From a virus: DNA of 37,724 nt. The translations under genes and the position numbers were made by a program. The stretch lies in IMG/VR virus record IMGVR_UViG_3300045988_158116, one strand, 5' to 3'. Each line of letters begins with the position of its first letter. The stretch's first letter is position 1. This document shows positions 15,891-24,078 of the stretch, in pieces. Under the pieces are notes generated by a model. The model had not been told where the DNA came from. It did not search any database and was given only the letters and a program-made list of their open reading frames with translations.

Positions 15891-16967
15891 ATGGCACGAA
15901 ATTATAACATAGACATTGACTCTTACATTGGGTATCCTATATCGAAGGGGTATGTGAAGAGCAAGCTTGAGCCGTTGAAGGGGAAGCCTTGCACGGTTCG
16001 CATCAACTCGTATGGAGGTGATGTGATGACGGCACTTGATATTCGCCAACAGTTTTTGGACCATGGGGATGTGACGGCTTACATAGTGGGCATGACTGCG
16101 AGTGCAGCCACGATCCTCGCCATGGGTGCTAAGAAGGTGGTGATGAGCCGTTATGCCCTGATGCTTGTACACCAGGCTTCGGGCTTTAGTGAGACTTGGG
16201 GGTATTACAACAAGGAGCAACTTGAAAGCAAGATTGCAGAACTTAGAAAGAACCAGGCGAAGCTTGACACGATTGACCGCGTGATAGCTTCGATTTATGC
16301 GGTGCGCAGTAAACGCGAAGCTAAGGAAATTGCTGAGTTGATGAGCGAAGAACGATGGATCACTGCAGAAGAGGCTTTGGAGTATGGGTTGATTGATGAG
16401 ATTGACCCCGACGAAGAAGAACAGCAACCCGAGGGCTTGAGTGCTTCGGCTCGCGAACATTTGGTGGCTTGTGGTTTTCCCTTGCCCGTTCGCGTTCGAC
16501 ACGAGGGTGTTGTACCCACACTCACTCCCGATGCTACTGCCAATGGGGTAGACACCGATTCGGCACTCAACAAGGTGGTAGGCTTTTTGCGCTCGCTGTT
16601 TGGTTCCATGCACACCGAAAGCACCGCCGAAAACGACACCGAAAACACAACAAACAATAAAAACGAAATGAACAAGAAGACAACGACGGTTGCGCTAACT
16701 TTGCTTTGCGCTACTCTTGGTTTGGAAAACTTAACAGCTGCTGAAGATGGCAGTGTTACCCTTAGTAAGGAACAACTAAATGCTGTGGAGGGTGCTCTTG
16801 CTGCATTTAAGAGTGAGAAGGAAGCAGCCGAAGCCAAGGTGAAAGAACTTGGTGCGCTCGATGGTGACACCACAGGCAAGGCAGGTCCTACAGCCGAAGC
16901 CGACGACAACACCCTTGCAGGTGCCGAGGCTATGAACTTTTACAACAAATTCAAGTCGATTATTTAA
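15891..16967 (+). CDS. ClpP-like prohead serine protease fused to a scaffold-like C-terminal region
   Basis: INSYGGDVMTALDI, GMTASAATILAMGA and MLVHQASG resemble S14/ClpP. The C-terminal half is acidic and coiled coil (EKEAAEAKVKEL). Confidence 0.8.
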   Translation: MARNYNIDIDSYIGYPISKGYVKSKLEPLKGKPCTVRINSYGGDVMTALDIRQQFLDHGDVTAYIVGMTASAATILAMGAKKVVMSRYALMLVHQASGFSETWGYYNKEQLESKIAELRKNQAKLDTIDRVIASIYAVRSKREAKEIAELMSEERWITAEEALEYGLIDEIDPDEEEQQPEGLSASAREHLVACGFPLPVRVRHEGVVPTLTPDATANGVDTDSALNKVVGFLRSLFGSMHTESTAENDTENTTNNKNEMNKKTTTVALTLLCATLGLENLTAAEDGSVTLSKEQLNAVEGALAAFKSEKEAAEAKVKELGALDGDTTGKAGPTAEADDNTLAGAEAMNFYNKFKSII

Positions 16968-16994
16968 CGACCAAAAACGAAAACTATTCAGAAC

Positions 16995-17963
16995 ATGGCA
17001 AATACAATCACTACAGTGGGCGCATTGCAGAAGAGCGCCACAAAGTATGAAAAAGACCTTTTGATTATGCCTGTCACTGCTGCTCAAGCCACTTTGCAGC
17101 ACATGCAGGGCATTCCAGGTTTGACAGGCAACATTGTGCTTGGTCAACTCGATGGTGAGGCAGAACTTGGTCCTTACAAAAACACCCGTAAGGCCGACGG
17201 CAACTTTACCATTGCTCCGCGCGAGCTTGAGTTGTTCTTGGGCAACTGTGCCTACGGCTTCGACCCTAACGAAGTGTGGGGCACCATTTATGGCTCGCTC
17301 GTGACTCAGGGCGAGGGCTTGAAGGGAGTTGATATAAACAAGAGCATCTTGATGCTTGTGGCTGGCAAATTGGGACGAAAACTCAATATGGCCATTTGGA
17401 ACGCTAAGCGCAATGCCAATGGCGACTCCACCAAAGACCTCTTTAATGGTTTCGACACCATTACAGATACTGAGAAGACCGCTGGTAACCTCTCAGTTGA
17501 GAAGGGCAACTACATGGAACTTACCGAAGCCATTACAAGCGCCAATGCGGTAGACACGTTTAACTCCATCTTCGATGCAGCTAACGACGAGTTGAAGGGT
17601 CAGCAAGTAAAGATTTATTGCTCGAAAGAACAATACATGGCTTATAACCGCAACTACCAAATGTTGCATGGTGCTTTGCCCTATAACCAAGAGTTTAAGA
17701 AGACCTTCCTTGAAGGTACCGACAACCTTTGGGAGTTCTGCCCCTTGGCATCGAAGAAAGGCTCGCCTTACATCCACATTGCTCCGAAGAACAACATGGC
17801 ATACGGCTATGGCGCGGGCGAGAACCCCGCCGAGAAGTTGGCGATCGAGAAGTATGACTCTTGGAAACTGACGCTTGAGGCTGCAATGGCATTTGGTGTG
17901 CAGTTTAAGACCCTTAGCCCCGAAATGTTGCTGGTGGCAAAGTTGAAGGTAGGCGAAGTATAA
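16995..17963 (+). CDS. Major capsid protein candidate
   Basis: 322 aa, directly after the protease/scaffold gene. Called by position and size; no motif verified. Confidence 0.6.
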   Translation: MANTITTVGALQKSATKYEKDLLIMPVTAAQATLQHMQGIPGLTGNIVLGQLDGEAELGPYKNTRKADGNFTIAPRELELFLGNCAYGFDPNEVWGTIYGSLVTQGEGLKGVDINKSILMLVAGKLGRKLNMAIWNAKRNANGDSTKDLFNGFDTITDTEKTAGNLSVEKGNYMELTEAITSANAVDTFNSIFDAANDELKGQQVKIYCSKEQYMAYNRNYQMLHGALPYNQEFKKTFLEGTDNLWEFCPLASKKGSPYIHIAPKNNMAYGYGAGENPAEKLAIEKYDSWKLTLEAAMAFGVQFKTLSPEMLLVAKLKVGEV

Positions 17964-17984
17964 ACCAAAAAATAAAAAACAGAT

Positions 17985-18578
17985 ATGGCAGAAAATTTGA
18001 ATCCATGCCCTGCAGGGGCTCCTTATGATAGTTTGCGCTTTTGCCAAGGTCAGCGTGTGATTCCTGGCATTCGCAATAAGGTGTATTACATTGCTAAGCG
18101 CGACATTGTGAAGTGGCCCACCTTGCCCGATGTGTCGGCTACAGGCACTACGCTGAAAACGGCTGCGGTGTATGTGGGCGACTTTACGCTTGCTGCAAGC
18201 AAAAAGTGGAAGAGCATAGACCTTGCCTTGAACAAGGGCAACTTGGAGTGGGAAACACAGGGTGAGCAACCCTCGTGCACAGTGCTTAACAAAATCACTC
18301 TTTCATATCCTGGTACCAGTGCCGAAGCTGCAGCCTTCTGTGGCATGGCTATGAACGACGATATTGTGTACCTTGTGCAACAGCGCGATGGTCAGTATCG
18401 CGTGTTGGGTAACGAAATGTTTAACACCGTGACCAAACCCAAGGGTAGCACAGGCGAAGGTTCGAGCACCAATGGTGGTACCGACTTAGAGATTGAGTCG
18501 ACCGATATCTATCCTGCCCCCTTCTATGCGGGCAAGATTGATACAGACGATGGTGTAATTAACGAGACCAAGGAATGA
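17985..18578 (+). CDS. Hypothetical virion protein
   Basis: 197-aa ORF in the head block. Confidence 0.6.
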   Translation: MAENLNPCPAGAPYDSLRFCQGQRVIPGIRNKVYYIAKRDIVKWPTLPDVSATGTTLKTAAVYVGDFTLAASKKWKSIDLALNKGNLEWETQGEQPSCTVLNKITLSYPGTSAEAAAFCGMAMNDDIVYLVQQRDGQYRVLGNEMFNTVTKPKGSTGEGSSTNGGTDLEIESTDIYPAPFYAGKIDTDDGVINETKE

Positions 18579-19099
18579 TCGATCAGATTAAAACCTACTT
18601 AAATGTGCCCGCTGCCGAACGCGATGTGGCTGCGGGCGCATTGCTTTTGCTCAAGTTGAACCGCAACCGTGTGCTTTATAATGGTGCTTGCATTGCGCCC
18701 AAGCGTTATGCGCCAGTGATTGAACATGAGTTGAAAAAGCACTTGCGCATTTTGCTCGATGGGCAGACCGCGCAAGGCATTGTGGAGATGGAGCACGAGG
18801 TGGTTCCTGTGGCAAAAGAGAGTTTAGACGAGGGCGCTCCCGTGGTGAGCACCGATGTTGACCATCCAGAGGGCACATACCGAGGTTGTAGGGCTGATCA
18901 CGACGAACTGCCCGAAGAAATCCGTGCGCTGTACGAGAAGAATGGGGAGATTTACTTTAAGATGAAACAGACGTTTGAAACGCTGAAGACTCTTGAAGAG
19001 GCTGCTCCTTGCGACCGCTACGAGCATTTGAAGGTGCTTAAGAGCTTGGACGAACAGTATAGGCGCAACTGGAAGAAGTATGATGAGTTTAAAAGATAG
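18575..19099 (+). CDS. Hypothetical virion-associated protein
   Basis: 174-aa ORF with a 4-nt overlap with the upstream gene. Its TAG stop is the first unit of the CTAGA array. Confidence 0.6.
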   Translation: MIDQIKTYLNVPAAERDVAAGALLLLKLNRNRVLYNGACIAPKRYAPVIEHELKKHLRILLDGQTAQGIVEMEHEVVPVAKESLDEGAPVVSTDVDHPEGTYRGCRADHDELPEEIRALYEKNGEIYFKMKQTFETLKTLEEAAPCDRYEHLKVLKSLDEQYRRNWKKYDEFKR

Positions 19100-19164
19100 A
19101 CTGGGCTAGACTGGGCTAGATTTACTAGAAGAACTAGATTTACTAGAAGGGCTAGAGAGGGACT
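19097..19164 (+). repeat. CTAGA-core tandem array 1 (7 units)
   Basis: TAGACTGGGC x2, then TAGATTTAC, TAGAAGAAC, TAGATTTAC, TAGAAGGGC, TAGAGAGGG. Period is 10 nt, then 9 nt. Confidence 0.85.
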
Positions 19165-19184
19165 TGAACTTTTAAAAAAAAAGA

Positions 19185-19781
19185 ATGAAGGCTGAATTTG
19201 TGGAGAGGGCGCAACGCTATTTGCTTGCTTCGGTTGAGGAAATGCGGGAGGCAAAGTTGGCTCCAGCTGTGCAACAGCGGATGTTGCGACTGCGCGAGTT
19301 GTATGCCTATTGGTTGCAGAACCCTCGGTTGGTGGATAAGGACATAGTGGTTGAGTTGCAACGGCGCCATGGAATAGGTGTGTCGCAAGCCTACGAGGAT
19401 GTGCGCATCATAAAGATTTGCTTGGGCAACTTGGGACGTTTGACGCGAGATTATGACCGCTACCTATTTCGTTGCAGATGTGAGGAAGGGTGGCAGATGG
19501 CACGAGAGCAAGAAGATGCAAAAGCCTTTGCTGCGGTTACTGCCACCTACCTAAAGGGCACGCAACTCGACAAAGAAGAGCATAATGCCCCCGACTATTC
19601 AGTGATTGTGCCACAACGCTTCACCATTAGTGCAGATCCGAGTGTGGCAGGCTTTAAGGTGGTGCCTGGAATCTTAGAGAAGGCAAAGAAACTCGAGGCC
19701 CGCTATGTGCAGGAGGTAGAAGAACAACTGACCGAAGAGTTTGACGACAGCGAGACAAAAACTCAAAAACACGAGGACTAA
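19185..19781 (+). CDS. Hypothetical protein
   Basis: 198-aa ORF. Confidence 0.6.
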   Translation: MKAEFVERAQRYLLASVEEMREAKLAPAVQQRMLRLRELYAYWLQNPRLVDKDIVVELQRRHGIGVSQAYEDVRIIKICLGNLGRLTRDYDRYLFRCRCEEGWQMAREQEDAKAFAAVTATYLKGTQLDKEEHNAPDYSVIVPQRFTISADPSVAGFKVVPGILEKAKKLEARYVQEVEEQLTEEFDDSETKTQKHED

Positions 19782-19784
19782 ATA

Positions 19785-20186
19785 ATGCGCTATATACACA
19801 AAATAGAGAAGGTTGCTGCAAAGCACTTGCGTTTGTTGCAAGTGATGCCCGATGGTGTGCATGCTTTCATGGCAGCGTATGTGCCGTGGCAGGTGGTTCC
19901 GATTGTGGGCTTGGCTAGCCTTGAGGTGAGCGATGAGAATGTAGATGGTGTGCGCACGTATGCCTCGAAACTCACAGCTACGCTCAAAGAACGCCCCTTG
20001 CCCGATGCAGAACCCATGGCATACAGACTGACGCAGACCGATGGACGACGGTGGCTGCTTGGTTGTGCCGATCGCCCTTTGCCCCTTACCACCATCACAG
20101 ACACACATCCCGACCGTGCAGCCGAGAAATGTGCTTGTACGCTGATGGTGAATGTGGGGCGCACTCCTTTTTTGCTAAACCCTTAG
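19785..20186 (+). CDS. Hypothetical protein
   Basis: 133-aa ORF. The minus-strand overlaps were judged to be shadows. Confidence 0.55.
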   Translation: MRYIHKIEKVAAKHLRLLQVMPDGVHAFMAAYVPWQVVPIVGLASLEVSDENVDGVRTYASKLTATLKERPLPDAEPMAYRLTQTDGRRWLLGCADRPLPLTTITDTHPDRAAEKCACTLMVNVGRTPFLLNP

Positions 20187-20196
20187 AAATTACTTT

Positions 20197-21225
20197 ATGA
20201 CTACTGAAGAAATAAGAAAAGCAGCTGCTGTGGTTCGGGATGAGGAAACGGCAAATGCGAATACTGCAACGCGTGTGGGCGGTGTATTGGTGGATCTTTG
20301 TGATGCGATAGATGTTGCGAGTGGTGAAGCAGCTGCTGCAAATGGTGCTACGAACCAGGTAGTGGCTGCACACACCCAATATATTGATGTGCTTAAACCT
20401 TGGTTGAGGGGTTCGTTAGGTCACTTTGCCACGAGTGAGGCTTTTAATATTTACTTGGACGGATTGAGTTACGACACCTTGAAGAGCGGACGTTATGTGG
20501 CGTATTTAGGTGGTGTGCCCTTCTTTGTGACATTCTCCTTGCTCTATGCCAAAGATCAGATTTCGGCTATATGGGTAGAGGGTAGCTTGATGGTGAGTTC
20601 TAACGCTATAAATTCGAACACGGGTAAAGGCATAACCATTGCTTATCGCTATTACAAGAATGGAGCATGGGAAGCGTGGAAAACCATTTATGATGATTTG
20701 AATGGTGCGGTAGCTTCGCAAGGTTCGCGTATTAGCACATTGGAGGGTAAGATGCCCTCGGTGCAGACTTCGGCTAATGGCACAACTAAGAATTACATTT
20801 ATTCAGCAAGTAGTGATGAGATGCACACTGCATTGAGTGGCAAGATATGGATATATCAAAATGGAGGCTATGACAAGTTCATCAGATTCAAACATTGGGG
20901 CGCGAATAATGACGAAAATGCCGAGAATTACAGTCAAGTATGGCTGCCCCCTGCTTGGACGGGTGGTAATGGTTTGATGCGATGGGATGTGTACAGACGG
21001 CTTGATAGTTTTGCGCTACGCGAAGAAAATTCTACAGCTGATGCGGTGAACATTGTAACTCCTATATTCACTACGGGTGGTACACGTAGTTTTTCCATTT
21101 CTAAGGCAACCACTGCTAAGGCAGGTGTGATGACGGCTGCTCAGGTGACTGCGCTGAATAAGGCGATTGAAGACATCAAAGCCCTTGAGAAGAGAGTGGC
21201 AGCTTTAGAGGCTAAAATAAAGTAA
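20197..21225 (+). CDS. Hypothetical structural protein with a C-terminal coiled coil (fibre- or decoration-like)
   Basis: 342 aa. Ala-rich N-terminus and C-terminal heptads AIEDIKALEKRVAALEAKIK. Confidence 0.6.
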   Translation: MTTEEIRKAAAVVRDEETANANTATRVGGVLVDLCDAIDVASGEAAAANGATNQVVAAHTQYIDVLKPWLRGSLGHFATSEAFNIYLDGLSYDTLKSGRYVAYLGGVPFFVTFSLLYAKDQISAIWVEGSLMVSSNAINSNTGKGITIAYRYYKNGAWEAWKTIYDDLNGAVASQGSRISTLEGKMPSVQTSANGTTKNYIYSASSDEMHTALSGKIWIYQNGGYDKFIRFKHWGANNDENAENYSQVWLPPAWTGGNGLMRWDVYRRLDSFALREENSTADAVNIVTPIFTTGGTRSFSISKATTAKAGVMTAAQVTALNKAIEDIKALEKRVAALEAKIK

Positions 21226-21241
21226 AAGATAGAGGAAAGGT

Positions 21242-21763
21242 ATGATTAAGACGGTATCGACGAGTGAGGCGAACCCCGTGTTGACTGCGAGTGGAGCGGT
21301 AATAGGCGGAACATTCTACACCGAGTTACTGCAAGTCTTATTTGATTTAAGATGGGCGGTTCTGTTTATTATCGTGATGGTCTTTACTGACTTTTGGAGC
21401 GGTCTTACAGCAAGCGTTAAGGTACGCAAGGAAGATTTTCGTTTGTCGCGAGCTTTGAGGCGAACGATTTGCAAGTTCCTTGAATACGTAAACTTTATCA
21501 TCTTTGGACTACTCCTCGCCAAGGCTACGTTAGAGCCATTCGGAATAGGTTCTGATACTACTGGAGGAGCAATCGGTGCAGCTGCTGCATTGCTGATAGA
21601 GTTTGACAGCATCTATGGGCATGTGTGCGACATTCATGGCATAAAGAAGCGTTTTTCGTTAAAACGGCTTTTTGTGGCTTACTTGAAACGAAAGAATGCG
21701 GATGTTGGGGAGGCTGTGGAAGAAGTGATGAAGGAGAAGGATGACGATGAGAGAAAGGGGTGA
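21242..21763 (+). CDS. Holin-family membrane protein
   Basis: Three hydrophobic segments. FTDFWSGLTASVKVRKEDFRLSRALRRTICKFLEY resembles the phage holin_4-type signature. Charged C-terminal tail. Lies upstream of the endolysin. Confidence 0.65.
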   Translation: MIKTVSTSEANPVLTASGAVIGGTFYTELLQVLFDLRWAVLFIIVMVFTDFWSGLTASVKVRKEDFRLSRALRRTICKFLEYVNFIIFGLLLAKATLEPFGIGSDTTGGAIGAAAALLIEFDSIYGHVCDIHGIKKRFSLKRLFVAYLKRKNADVGEAVEEVMKEKDDDERKG

Positions 21764-21939
21764 TGCTTTGGGCTTAAATGAAAAAACAGCCACACGGCAA
21801 ACTCGTGTAGCTGTTAGGTGTTCTAATAAATCTTATTCGGAAATGGCTAAAAGTTTGCAGCCCTTTCAGAGTTGAGCACAAAGGTAACAAAAAAAGTTTC
21901 AAAAAAGGAAAGAGTTTAACAAGAAAAATTTAAAAGATT

Positions 21940-22359
21940 ATGGCAACTTTATATCCTGAGAAAGTGAAGTATATTATTGTGCATTGCTCGGCTACGGCTG
22001 AGGGTAAGGATTTTTGCGCAAAGGACATTGATCGTTGGCATCGTGCTAAGGGTTGGGATGGTATAGGGTATCACTATGTGGTGAAACTTGATGGTACCGT
22101 GGAGAAAGGACGCGATGAAACTAAGGTGGGCGCTCACTGCGCTGGCGTGAATGGCATTAGCCTTGGTGTGTGCTATATTGGTGGACTCGCTGCGGACGGA
22201 CGCACGCCTAAGGACACACGAACCGTGGCACAGAAGGCTGCGCTGGTGGCACTTGTGGAACGGTTGAAGAAGAAGTATCCGAGAGCTCGGGTGGTGGGAC
22301 ACCATTACTTTAATAAGGGGAAGGCTTGCCCTTGCTTTGAGGCTGAGAAGGAGTTTTAA
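21940..22359 (+). CDS. N-acetylmuramoyl-L-alanine amidase endolysin (Amidase_2/PGRP type)
   Basis: IIVHCSAT, WHRAKGWDGIGYHYVV, GAHCAGVNGISLGVCYIGG and GHHYF..KACPCF. Confidence 0.9.
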   Translation: MATLYPEKVKYIIVHCSATAEGKDFCAKDIDRWHRAKGWDGIGYHYVVKLDGTVEKGRDETKVGAHCAGVNGISLGVCYIGGLAADGRTPKDTRTVAQKAALVALVERLKKKYPRARVVGHHYFNKGKACPCFEAEKEF

Positions 22360-22447
22360 TAGATGGCTAGATGGGCTAGATGAGCTAGATGGACTAGATA
22401 GACTAGATGGACTAGATAGACTAGATGGACTAGATGACTAGATAGAA
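22360..22447 (+). repeat. CTAGA-core tandem array 2 (10 units, strict 9-nt period)
   Basis: TAGATGGC, TAGATGGGC, TAGATGAGC, then alternating TAGATGGAC/TAGATAGAC. It starts in the codon after the endolysin TAA. Confidence 0.9.
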
Positions 22448-22457
22448 GATTGATGGT

Positions 22458-22871
22458 ATGCGTAATTTGATTTTTTTGTGGGCTTTGGTGTTGGTGTGCT
22501 CTTGTGCTACTCGGGTGGAGTATGTGCCTGTGGTTCGGGTGCAGACTGACACGCTGAAAGTGACGGTGGGCCGTATAGACAGTGTGGTGAAGCATGATAG
22601 CGTGTTTGTGGTGCATGAGAAACGGGGCGACTCGGTTTTTGTGACACAAACAAAGGTGGTGACAAACGACCGCTTGCGTGTGCGCCATGACACGGTGTAT
22701 AAGGTGAAAGTAGACACGCTGCGCTTGCCCGAAACTGTTAACACACGATGCAGACATCCTACCACCACACGAAAGGATTATTGGGGCACGGTGCGTAAAT
22801 GGTGCTTATGGATAGGTGCTTTGGCAATGGTGGTGTGGTTTGTTTGTAGATTTGGTAGATTAAAAAAATAA
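22458..22871 (+). CDS. Spanin-like protein (lipoprotein signal plus C-terminal TM: unimolecular spanin architecture)
   Basis: N-terminus MRNLIFLWALVLVCSCA (lipobox-like) and C-terminal TM WCLWIGALAMVVWFVCRF. Positioned after holin and endolysin. Confidence 0.5.
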   Translation: MRNLIFLWALVLVCSCATRVEYVPVVRVQTDTLKVTVGRIDSVVKHDSVFVVHEKRGDSVFVTQTKVVTNDRLRVRHDTVYKVKVDTLRLPETVNTRCRHPTTTRKDYWGTVRKWCLWIGALAMVVWFVCRFGRLKK

Positions 22872-22879
22872 GAGGAATT

Positions 22880-23956
22880 ATGGCTGTGATGGTAACACAA
22901 GGATGGCGCGAAGCGATGTTTCCGAGTGAACTCAACGTGATAGAGTTGACGGGATGCGGTGAACAAGTAAGGGTGGTGCTAACACTGGGAAGCAATAAAG
23001 TGTTTGAAGCTACACTCACTACGTTAAAAGGCAAGGTGAGAATGGAAAACCTTATGCCTTTGCTTCGCGACAAAACCACCGACCCAATAGACGGCGTGCA
23101 ACCACAATATCTCAGCTTAAATGTAGACGGCAAAGATTTGGAAGAATGCAGATGCTTGCTTATTCCGTGTCGTGTGCGTGTGGCAGATGTTACAGCTATG
23201 CAGGTGGTGAATAATGCGTTTTTGACGTTTGCTGGGCGCGAACCCAAACTTATACCCCAACAAGCGAAAGAAATGCTTTATTGGTATAAATTCGGTGAGG
23301 ATTTGAGCCAAGTGAAGGCTACAGCCAATGCCTGTTGGTGGAACGCTGAGACACAGCAAGTAGAGAACACCGAACAAAGACTTGAGGTAGGCGAAAATGT
23401 TGAAGGGGGATTGTTCTATTTAGACGCTTCGCCCCAAATGCTCACCGCGCCCCGTGGCAATCACGCTGCGTGGGCCTTGGTGAGCTATGAGGTGAAGGTG
23501 GGCGCTCGCACTATGCGCTACAGGCTGATGCCACAAGGCATGAACTTGGCACCTGTGACGGGGGTGCGCTATCGTAATGCACTTGGGGTAGATGATACGT
23601 TCTACTTCTTTGGTGCGGTGACAGAGAAACTTAAACCTACGTATAGCGCTGCGCAAATAGGAGGCGTTACTCGTAACTATCGCATAGAGGCACAAACTGA
23701 GTGGGAGGCACAAACAGGACCTATGACGCGTGGCATGGAACGCTTGTTGCATGATGTGGCGGTGGCACGTAGGGCTTGGCTGTTGGCTGATGGCGAGGAA
23801 ATTACGCTGACGGGGTGTGACATAAAGCAGAGTAATGAATGGGGCATTACGCCTACTGCTGCTGTGAGCTGGCGCGAAGCAGGCGAGGGACAACGCTTGA
23901 TGGCTCCGACGGGGGTGCGGACTTTTGACGGGAGCTTTGACGAGGCTTTCTTGTAA
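22880..23956 (+). CDS. Hypothetical virion protein
   Basis: 358-aa ORF. Confidence 0.65.
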   Translation: MAVMVTQGWREAMFPSELNVIELTGCGEQVRVVLTLGSNKVFEATLTTLKGKVRMENLMPLLRDKTTDPIDGVQPQYLSLNVDGKDLEECRCLLIPCRVRVADVTAMQVVNNAFLTFAGREPKLIPQQAKEMLYWYKFGEDLSQVKATANACWWNAETQQVENTEQRLEVGENVEGGLFYLDASPQMLTAPRGNHAAWALVSYEVKVGARTMRYRLMPQGMNLAPVTGVRYRNALGVDDTFYFFGAVTEKLKPTYSAAQIGGVTRNYRIEAQTEWEAQTGPMTRGMERLLHDVAVARRAWLLADGEEITLTGCDIKQSNEWGITPTAAVSWREAGEGQRLMAPTGVRTFDGSFDEAFL

Positions 23957-23961
23957 GAGAA

Positions 23962-24010
23962 CTAGAGGGGCTAGACGAACTAGAGGGGCTAGATGGGCTG
24001 GCGCTTGAGG
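23962..24010 (+). repeat. CTAGA-core array 3 (4 units) plus GGCTGGCGCTTGAGG module
   Basis: CTAGA at 23962, 23971, 23980 and 23989. GGCTGGCGCTTGAGG at 23996-24010. Confidence 0.85.
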
Positions 24011-24078
24011 AAAACGGGGAAAAAGGAAACGAAGAAAAAAACAAAAAAAAACGAAATAAATGAAGGAGGGTTGAGAGG

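Noticed and set aside
15111-16613. 500-aa minus-strand ORF, plus + strand ORFs 15500-15829, 15627-15833 and 15649-15867 with G/V/F/C-rich or HTQK-repeat products
   Set aside because: All stop codons on either strand need an A on the + strand. The 189-nt A-free tract is therefore open in all six frames by composition alone. The long minus-strand ORF also overlaps TerL and the protease gene, and its product is low complexity.
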